From: Fonticula alba ATCC 38817
Taxonomy: Eukaryota > Protista > Nucleariida
Direction: 5' to 3' (one strand)
DNA: 6,839 nucleotides
NCBI GenBank assembly: GCA_000388065.2
Contig: KB932208.1
Shown here: one piece after another, positions 1-6,301 of the stretch
Layout of the letters: each line of letters starts with the position of its first letter
How positions within the stretch are numbered: position 1 is the first letter of the stretch
Position numbers and translations under genes: made by a program
Notes under the pieces: model-generated
The model's input: only the letters and a program-made list of their open reading frames with translations
What the model was told of the DNA's origin: nothing
The model's database searches: none

Positions 1-5
1 CGTGC

Positions 6-6
<1 letters not shown>

Positions 7-51
<45 letters not shown>

Positions 52-100
52 CCCCCCCCCCCCCCCCCCCCCCCCCCTGCTCCCCCCCCCCCCGCCCCCG
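7..100 (+). repeat. Poly-C tract (C44, G, C26, further short runs), probably intronic
   Basis: Seen directly; ends just before a CAG acceptor-like site at 104-106. Confidence 0.9.
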
Positions 101-106
101 ACCCAG

Positions 107-234
107 GTCCCTCATGTGGGGCCTCCCCCGCACCAGTTGAGTACTTTGCGCGGGCCGCCGTGCCGCGAGGGGAAGCCGTGAAAATGAAACGACCCCCTAG
201 GGTGCACGCCCCCCCCCTCCCCTCCCCGTTCAAG
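107..234 (+). CDS. Candidate upstream exon of the plus-strand gene (PSCGASPAPVEYFARAAVPRGEAVKMKRPPRVHAPPLPSPFK)
   Basis: Follows the poly-C tract and ACCCAG| at 106; one frame is open; ends at a consensus donor AAG|GTATGT (235) followed by CTAAC at 246-250. Confidence 0.4.
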
Positions 235-327
235 GTATGTAGCCACTAACCTTGCCATGTGTTACCAGAACCAGCAGAATGGAGGCTGGGGTTCAGCGTG
301 ATTGTCTCGGGCGCTGATCTCCCTCAG

Positions 328-545
328 GTCACCTGCCAGGCTCTTGGCAGCCGAGCCGCAACACTGGGGGCCACTTTTTCGGCATGTATGTCCACCGACC
401 GATCGAGAAATACTATGCCCGTGTCTGGGGCCGGACACCGCACGCAGGCGTGCCGGGGCAGCCATACAAGCGCCCCGGCTCAAAGGGGGCAGTGCTCTTC
501 CACTCTCATGCCAGCCTTCCCTTATTGCTAGAAGCACCCACCATC
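328..545 (+). CDS. Internal exon of the same plus-strand gene (GHLPGSWQPSRNTGGHFFGMYVHRPIEKYYARVWGRTPHAG...)
   Basis: CTGAT...CCCTCAG| acceptor at 327. The frame starting at 330 has about 70% GC3 by hand count versus about 53% for the frame at 329. The exon runs into the N gap; its 3' end is unknown (a GTGCTC donor near 492 is possible). Linkage to the exon at 1242 is inferred. Confidence 0.5.
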
Positions 546-1223
546 NNNNNNNNNNNNNNNNNNNNNNNNNNNNNNNNNNNNNNNNNNNNNNNNNNNNNNN
601 NNNNNNNNNNNNNNNNNNNNNNNNNNNNNNNNNNNNNNNNNNNNNNNNNNNNNNNNNNNNNNNNNNNNNNNNNNNNNNNNNNNNNNNNNNNNNNNNNNNN
701 NNNNNNNNNNNNNNNNNNNNNNNNNNNNNNNNNNNNNNNNNNNNNNNNNNNNNNNNNNNNNNNNNNNNNNNNNNNNNNNNNNNNNNNNNNNNNNNNNNNN
801 NNNNNNNNNNNNNNNNNNNNNNNNNNNNNNNNNNNNNNNNNNNNNNNNNNNNNNNNNNNNNNNNNNNNNNNNNNNNNNNNNNNNNNNNNNNNNNNNNNNN
901 NNNNNNNNNNNNNNNNNNNNNNNNNNNNNNNNNNNNNNNNNNNNNNNNNNNNNNNNNNNNNNNNNNNNNNNNNNNNNNNNNNNNNNNNNNNNNNNNNNNN
1001 NNNNNNNNNNNNNNNNNNNNNNNNNNNNNNNNNNNNNNNNNNNNNNNNNNNNNNNNNNNNNNNNNNNNNNNNNNNNNNNNNNNNNNNNNNNNNNNNNNNN
1101 NNNNNNNNNNNNNNNNNNNNNNNNNNNNNNNNNNNNNNNNNNNNNNNNNNNNNNNNNNNNNNNNNNNNNNNNNNNNNNNNNNNNNNNNNNNNNNNNNNNN
1201 NNNNNNNNNNNNNNNNNNNNNNN
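546..1223. other. Assembly gap (678 N)
   Basis: Run of N, directly followed by a C run. ORFs spanning it (262-1236, 302-1522, 384-1862, 506-1336) are not interpretable as continuous. Confidence 0.99.
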
Positions 1224-1241
1224 CCCCCCCCCTCACTCAAG

Positions 1242-1862
1242 GCCTTCCACCAAAGCACCAAAGAGCACTCATCCAGTGGCAGCGCTGCCTGGGAGAAGGA
1301 GCAGGCCCGGCGCACCGGTGGAGGATCGGTCGGCATGCTCTGGGCCCGAGGGGAGCTTCGACTTCTGTCGATCCTAGAGCGGGCATGTTCCGATGCTGCA
1401 ATTCAGCCGGCCGGGGATGCTGCACCGGCGCCCACCGGGCAAGCCGGCCTGGCCACCCGCCTGGAGGACCGCAAGCGTCTCCGCGCCCGGTGCATGTCTT
1501 TGCTGGAGGACCTGGAGGATGACCTCCGCGATCGGTGGTGGTTCTCCCCCCAGCGGGCAGCGGGAGCCGAGCGTCGGCCGCTGGTCCTGCCGCCGGCCGA
1601 GTGGCCACCGGCCGGATGGGCCGCCGCCTCGGCTGCAGGCGATGCCCCCTGGTGGTTTGACCCCAGCGAATCGCCCCTGCCACAGGAGGCCGAGCTGCGC
1701 CTCTGGTGGGGCTTCTGCTCATCGGCCCATGGCGGCCCCTGTCCGGCGGATGAGTGCGCACTCCTGCCACCTCCTGCGGCGAGTGCAGTTGTCAGCCCCG
1801 AGGGCGTCGCCGGCTCCGACACCACCACTGACGGGGAAGCCTCCCAGAGGGACGAGCTGTGA
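1242..1862 (+). CDS. Last coding exon of an unknown protein ending in RDEL
   Basis: Open frame from the gap edge to TGA 1860-1862 with protein-like content (helical LEDRKRLRARCMSLLEDLEDDLRDRWWF, Ala/Pro-rich tail). Preceded by a C run and CTCAC...AAG| possible acceptor at 1241, so the exon start is tentative. No family recognised. Confidence 0.68.
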   Translation, partial: AFHQSTKEHSSSGSAAWEKEQARRTGGGSVGMLWARGELRLLSILERACSDAAIQPAGDAAPAPTGQAGLATRLEDRKRLRARCMSLLEDLEDDLRDRWWFSPQRAAGAERRPLVLPPAEWPPAGWAAASAAGDAPWWFDPSESPLPQEAELRLWWGFCSSAHGGPCPADECALLPPPAASAVVSPEGVAGSDTTTDGEASQRDEL

Positions 1863-1904
1863 TTGGCGGTCGCGCGAGGCCCCGCTGCGTGGCCTCCCCC
1901 AGTT

Positions 1905-4832
1905 TTAGAGGCCATCACCGGTGATACACCCGAAAACCAATACCTGGAGGCTCCCTCCCCCCTCCCCTACGATGGCATGCAATACACGCAGACATGCCTA
2001 CAAGCTGACGATCAGCCATGGTGAACAAGGGTCCGTGAGGACGAGAGGCGGAGAGAGATCAAGAGACAAAGAGGCAAAGAGACAAAGAGGGAAGGAGGAT
2101 GCGTCGAGGCATCCATGTGCACAGAGGCCGTCTATTTCGTGGGACAGGGCTCCGCAGGTATCCGGCGCGGTTGGGCAATGGACCCCACGCCATCCGGGTG
2201 GGGGAAGATTGTCAGGGCTCGCTTGAGCTCCGGATTGCGGAGGACAATGGTCGTGCCAAAGGACTCGGGCGCATGGCCCAGGTAGGGGACCGTCTGGTTG
2301 ATCGAGCACCGGAAGGAAGCCGCACGCGACGGGGAGGCTCCCATGAACATCGATGCCGGGGCCGATGCCGGGGCCGGGTCCAGGTCAGCCGTGGACCGGG
2401 CATCATCCTCAAGCACTTCTAGGGTGGCCAGGGCATCGGCCGAGCTGCCGGCTATCCGGTCTCCATGCGGGTCATCACCGAGGCGTGCGGTCGAGTGTGT
2501 TTGGATGGCCCCGGAGACGCGGCCCCAATGACAAGGACAGAAGGGGCCCCCGGTCCCACGGGCGGCTGCCGCCGCGATGGCCGCTGCCGCCGCATCATTG
2601 CCCCGCCCATGAGGCGAGGCATGACCCCGACCATTGGCCGACAGCCAGGAGGGGCCGACTGCTGATTGCAGGGCAATGGTCGACTGAAGGGAGAGGCTTT
2701 GTGAAAGGGGGAGACTGGCAGCCAGGAAGTCGGACTCCATGGAGGCACATCCTCCGGGGGAATTGGCAAGCAATGGGCACAAGTCGGCTGGCAGGGGGAA
2801 ATAGATGTCCCCATCCGGGGAAGTCAACAGCTTCTCGATGTACCAGACAATGGTGTGCTCTTCCTGTGGGCGGAGGAAGACCCGGGCGGCCAGGGGGGAT
2901 GAGGGTCAGGGAGGGGCGAGGAAGGGGAAAGGGAGGGGGACAAATTGGGGCGGTTTAAATGCCTCGGGCAATGCATACCATGCGACATTGAACAGGCGAC
3001 GTGGCGTCCGGCGCAAATGCGCCAGCTTCACTGGTCGAGGGCAAATCCGACGGCAGGCGCATCGCCAGACAGGGGCCGCCAGCAACATCGACATACATAG
3101 ACCGGACCAGGCGCGGGGTATTCACCCGGCGCATTGAGCCCCCGCGATCGAACTCCGCCACAAAGGTCAGATGCTCCCCCTGGATGCCGGGCACCGTGAG
3201 GGTCGATCGCAGCTGGTGGAGCCCGGTGGCCGGGGACGCCACCGGCAGGGCAAGGCGAATGCTGGTATTGGCCAAAACCGTGAAGGAGGGAGGGATGTCG
3301 GCGAAGTGGATGACCTCCGCCGGGGGAGGGCAGGCGCCTCCAGCCGCCAACCGGCCATCCCTCGGTGGGGATGCCCACCCAAGAGCCCACTCGGCGAAGG
3401 AGCCGGATGTGCGGGCATGGTCGTGCTTGGCCGAAAGGAGGAAGACCGAAGCCAGACCCTTTAGCCTCCACTCTTCGGGCGAAGGAGCCTCGCCTGAAGC
3501 ATCGTGGATGGTCTCGAGGAAGGCGGCTTCCGGGGGGAAGGGCAGCTCCAGCTCCAGCGCCAGAGGCCGGAGGAAGTTCCCAGGCAGGCTGCAACGATCT
3601 CGCGCAAGCGTCGAGACCAGGAAGGAATTGTCCATCGAGTTGAGAGCCGGCAGGTGCTCGGTAAAGTGACGCGTGACCGGGACATGGGGCTCGGCAGCGG
3701 CAAGGCCGTGACCCACCAGGCGAGGCGCCTGTTCACTTGAAGCCACGGGGCGAAGGTGCGTCGGCAGGAGAATGCGCTCCGAGGCATCGACAAGTCCCGC
3801 TGGCAGGTCGCTCAGTGAGCCTCGAGCACCGGCGGCCTTGCGCAGCGGTTGAACGGGGGAGGCACGCTGGCGGAGCTGCTCATTCGAGGAGATGATGGAA
3901 ATCTCGTCAATGTGGAAACTGGACACCTCAAGAAGCCATCCTTCCCGTGGGGGGTGCACGCTGGTGGCCGCCGATGCGACGGCCGGGTACTTCTTGAGCA
4001 TTGCCCGGACAAAGGAGTCGGAGAAGAGAATCTTCGAAGGCCAGGGGGAGGAGAATAGGTCAGGAGCCGACATGAGAGCGATGCTGGTACAGGGGGGCGG
4101 GGAGGGGGGGGGGGGGGACACCCATCCGGATGGGCGCATACGCACTTTGCTTTGGAGAGTCAAGTCCGCCGGGGCCGCCGGATCCGTGGCGACGGAACAC
4201 TGGTAAAGCCGGGTGTGGAAGGCGGAGGGCTGGGCCTCGGAGTGGGGAAGGAAGATGGAGCTGTCGGAGCTGGACTTGAGCATGGGCGGCGAGAAGGAAG
4301 GGCGGGAGGGACGGAGAGATCGACCGGTCGAAGGCAGCGGCAGTGATGGACGGGTAAGATCCGCGGCCGAGGACGACTCGGCCCCCTGGACATTGGCCGC
4401 CATGGCCATGCCGCCGGTGGCTGCCTTTGGTGCGGGGGACAAGGCAAAGGAGGCTGGCAGGGGAGGCGGCGATGAGGAGTCGGGATCGCTGTCATCCATG
4501 GGCAAGCCGTCGGCGGGCAGTTGCCGGGCCGCAACCGTCGCCATTGGCGGTGCGGCTGTGGGCCCGGACAGGGGGGAGACCGTCGATGCAGCAGGCAGCC
4601 CAGGGGCATTGGGTGCTTGCCAAGTGCGCATTGCTTCGAAAAACTCATCCTCGCTGCTGCTATCGGATGGGGTAGACTCGAGGACCGGCTGGGAGTGACT
4701 TGGGAGGGCGAAATTCATGACCATCCGAATGGGCGGCGGGCTTTTCGGTGTGCGAGCCCTCTGGTTTTTGCGATACTCCTTCCGAGTTGCGGACGAGCCG
4801 GGCGACGGGGGGGGGGGGGGGGCAAGGTGACT

Positions 4833-4867
<35 letters not shown>

Positions 4868-5326
4868 TCAGCGATCGGGAAGGGGAAGAAAAAAAGGTGC
4901 GCCAATGTCGAGGGCAGGAAGGCGCGACATACCCGGAGTGAACGCCGGCCACGGGTCTCGGTATAGCCGATCAGGTCATCGGGGCCTTCGCGAAATTGAA
5001 CCTTCTGCCCGGTGGGACGCTTGACCGTCGAGGCAGGACCGTGACAGTTGGCCGGACAGGTCGCCAGGCGCAAGGCAGTCGCAGTGGTCGGGGTGTGGGC
5101 GGATGGGAAGGAGTTGGGGCAAGTGCCACGACAATCGAAGTCCACCCAAAGCGGGGTGCTGATGGGGGCCAGTCCGTAGAGCGAGCGCTTGGCCGCCTCC
5201 TCGCGAATGATGCCATTTACATAGGACTCCGGTTCGAAGGCCTGGAAGGAGGAGACAACCTCAAACAGGTGCTGGGGAATTGCGAGTGAGTGGACACCGA
5301 GAGATGGGGCTCGACCAGGGAGGAGG

Positions 5327-5364
<38 letters not shown>

Positions 5365-6301
5365 GGGGATAGCCTGGCAGTACCTCGGATTCCTNNNNNN
5401 NNNNGGGAGGGGATAGCCTGGCAGTACCTCGGATTCCTTCTCGCGACCAATTAATTGCGTGATGGTGAGGCGTGTCAGAGCCATCTTCAGGACCTCCAGT
5501 TTGAGGGCTTCATAATTGAGGAAGATCTGCCACCATGGATTCAAAGAGAGGGAGGGGCGAATGTAAGGGTCAGTGGTGAGGGGGGCGAGGAAGGCGAGGG
5601 AAGAGCATGTCGATGCGGGAGCATTCGCCAAGGAGGGAGGAAAGAGCAAGGGTGGAGGTGATGTCCCGACCTTCGAGGCATCCGGGAAAGAGGGAGCGTC
5701 GCGAACGGCCAGGGGGTCGGGGCTCTTGCTGCGGTTGAAGAAGGTCAACGGATCCAGAGCCTGGTCGACGATCTGATCGGCCGAGATCCGACGATCGTTC
5801 GACAATTCACCGAGGATGGAGAAGTACTTGGCCAATGGGGGGGCCGTTTCACTATCACCCTGGGGGGTCAGTGCCGGGCGTGTCATTCAATCTGCGGCGG
5901 AGGGTAGAGCATGGGGGACAAACCTCTCAACGAGAGCTGCATGCTCATCGAGTCGAAGCCGACACCGAGCCGCGATCTCGGCCAAACGGCTGGCATAAAG
6001 ACGCTCGAGTTCCAGTCTGGTAGATGGTTTGCATGTGTAATATGCGTGTGTTTGTGTATGTGTGTGTGTGGGGGGGGGGGCGTGTTCAGAAGGAAAGAGA
6101 AGTGTGAGTGGAAGTCCCTGAAGGAGGGGCAGTCGGAGGGGTTGTCGGGTGGAAGTGAGATTCGTACCTTTCCCGCAGGTAGTCCTCAATGATAAGTGAC
6201 TCGACCTTGGCATTGTTGGCCAGAAAGACCAACCGGGGCCCGGCAGGACAGGCGCGCGGTCGGCTCAGGGCCGAGACGCGGGCGGAAGGACTATCTGACA
6301 T
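1905..6301 (-). CDS. Spliced gene, about 1,100 aa: F-BAR (FCH)-like N-terminus, disordered linker and mu-homology-like C-terminus (muniscin / FCHo-Syp1-like endocytic adaptor)
   Basis: Manual exon model on the minus strand: 6301-6168, 6016-5924, 5851-5671, 5526-5428, 5271-4933, 4830(or 4778/4760)-4146, 4031-2979, 2863-2189, 1997-1905. All junctions are GT-AG and phase-compatible except exon 5/6, which needs either a 1-nt error in the G16 run at 4807-4822 or a downstream in-phase acceptor. N-terminus reads MSDSP...RLVFLANNAKVESLIIEDYLRERLELERLYASRLAEIA, matching the FCH pattern (FLKERxxIExEYAKxLxKLA). If the last intron is not real, the CDS ends at TAG 2132-2134. Family assignment is by motif recognition only. 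Confidence 0.75.
1998..2188 (-). other. Probable intron 8 (191 nt, phase 0)
   Basis: GGC|GTGGGG donor, strong C/T tract at 2041-2100, CTGAT motif, TTGTAG| acceptor. Removes TAG 2132-2134 and adds a 30-aa beta-strand-like exon ending at TAA 1905-1907. Confidence 0.5.
2061..2090. repeat. 14-nt direct repeat AAGAGACAAAGAGG x2
   Basis: Copies at 2061-2074 and 2077-2090, inside the C/T tract of probable intron 8. Confidence 0.8.
2864..2978 (-). other. Intron 7 (115 nt, phase 0)
   Basis: ATG|GTATGC donor, long C/T tract, CTGAC, CCACAG| acceptor. Joins the 665-aa ORF (PVQCRM) to the frame of the 231-aa ORF (EEHTIVWYIEKL) and removes TAA 2955-2957. Confidence 0.9.
4032..4145 (-). other. Probable intron 6 (114 nt, phase 0, in-frame and stop-free)
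   Basis: AAA|GTGCGT donor, C14 run, CTGAC then pyrimidine tract, in-phase acceptor TCGAAG|ATT. AAG acceptors are less common than YAG, and the frame is open without splicing. Confidence 0.55.
4807..4866 (-). repeat. Poly-C (plus-strand G16 and G34) runs
   Basis: G 4807-4822 and G 4833-4866; source of the poly-Pro/poly-Gly stretches in the ORF track. Confidence 0.95.
4831..4932 (-). other. Intron 5 (phase 0 donor; acceptor uncertain)
   Basis: Strong CGG|GTATGT donor, U/C tract, CTGAT motif, C34 run, CCCAG| at 4831. Using this acceptor leads to TAG 4660-4662 unless the G16 run (4807-4822) is really 15 or 18 nt. In-phase alternatives are AAG| (next exon from 4778) and CCAG| (from 4760). Confidence 0.65.
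5272..5427 (-). other. Intron 4 (phase 0; contains C34 run and the 10-N gap)
   Basis: GAG|GTACTG donor, poly-C, CTCAC motif, CCCCAG| acceptor; joins EKESE to HLFEVV in frame. True length is uncertain because of the duplicated gap edge and the homopolymer. Confidence 0.8.
5361..5438. other. 10-N gap flanked by an exact 34-nt duplication (unmerged contig overlap)
   Basis: GGGAGGGGATAGCCTGGCAGTACCTCGGATTCCT occurs at 5361-5394 and 5405-5438, separated by N 5395-5404, next to a G34 run. Confidence 0.9.
5527..5670 (-). other. Intron 3 (144 nt, phase 0, in-frame and stop-free)
   Basis: AAG|GTCGGG donor, C/T-rich body, CTGAC motif, GGCAG| acceptor. Its retained translation is Pro/Ser-rich and interrupts helical F-BAR-like sequence. 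Confidence 0.72.
5852..5923 (-). other. Intron 2 (72 nt, phase 2)
   Basis: GAG AG|GTTTGT donor and CTGAC branch-like motif. The in-phase acceptor is GATAG| (5852), not the nearer CAG. Removes the in-frame TGA at 5887-5889. Confidence 0.75.
6017..6167 (-). other. Intron 1 (151 nt, phase 2)
   Basis: AAAG|GTACGA donor and TACCAG| acceptor; pyrimidine-rich with C11 run and CA repeats. Removal joins YLRE-R-LELERLYA, reconstituting the FCH motif from two separate listed ORFs. Confidence 0.9.
6046..6080 (-). repeat. Imperfect (CA)n microsatellite plus C11 in intron 1
   Basis: Plus strand GTGTGTTTGTGTATGTGTGTGTGTG followed by G 6070-6080. Confidence 0.85.

Larger units (their letters stand above)
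1905..3930 (-). other. Mu-homology-domain-like region with large low-complexity insertions
   Basis: Segments resemble adaptin mu subunits in correct order: FHIDEISIISSNEQLRQ (cf. FLDVIESVNLLVSANG), VIHFADIPPSFTVL (cf. ISFIPPDGEFELM), CLAMRLPSD (cf. VEIHIPVP), CRMEEHTIVWYIEKL (cf. SENAIVWKIKRM), LTIFPHPDGACLRVLHAI (cf. FEVPFAPSGLKVRYLKV), LVFGCITGDGL* (cf. WVRYITQNGDY). Similarity judged by eye; spacing is much longer than in canonical mu domains. Confidence 0.5.
5134..6235 (-). other. F-BAR/FCH-like domain coding region (about aa 23-215, exons 1-5)
   Basis: F-BAR-like elements appear in the expected order after splicing: DYLRERLELERLYASRLAEIA (helix 2); ESETAPPLAKYFSILGELSNDRRISADQIVDQALDPLTFF (helix 3 start); IFLNYEALKLEVLKMALTRL (helix 4 end); HLFEVVSSFQAFEPESYVNGIIREE then PISTPLWVDF (helix 5 and extended tail). 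Confidence 0.7.

Noticed and set aside
262-1862. Long ORFs of 276-492 aa spanning the gap
   Set aside because: Length is an artefact of translating 678 N; only the flanking segments can be judged.
2351-2374. 12-nt tandem repeat CGATGCCGGGGC x2 and nearby poly-Ala codons
   Set aside because: Ordinary slippage duplication within a low-complexity coding insertion (PASA-PASM).
2906-3094. 62-aa ORF ending in TGA and continuing in frame into the 231-aa ORF
   Set aside because: The TGA is part of the CTGAC branch motif of intron 7; the upstream coding frame is that of the 665-aa ORF.
4807-5363. Poly-proline tracts (formin/WASP-like) in the ORF track
   Set aside because: They are translations of intronic C homopolymers; only the short run at 4807-4822 may be coding.
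5361-5438. 34-nt exact direct repeat as a target-site duplication or tandem repeat
   Set aside because: Copies are separated only by a 10-N scaffold gap beside a G34 run, typical of unmerged overlapping contig ends.
2955-5886. Large Pro-rich ORFs with Cys/His clusters as LINE ORF1/gag of a retroelement
   Set aside because: No CX2CX4HX4C knuckle, RT, endonuclease, integrase, LTR or poly-A tail; the region is explained by a multi-intron host gene.
5884-5889. In-frame TGA directly followed by ATG linking the 108-aa and 408-aa ORFs, suggesting read-through, selenocysteine, a reassigned code or translational coupling
   Set aside because: The TGA lies inside GT-AG intron 2 (5852-5923), whose removal gives a better F-BAR-like sequence.
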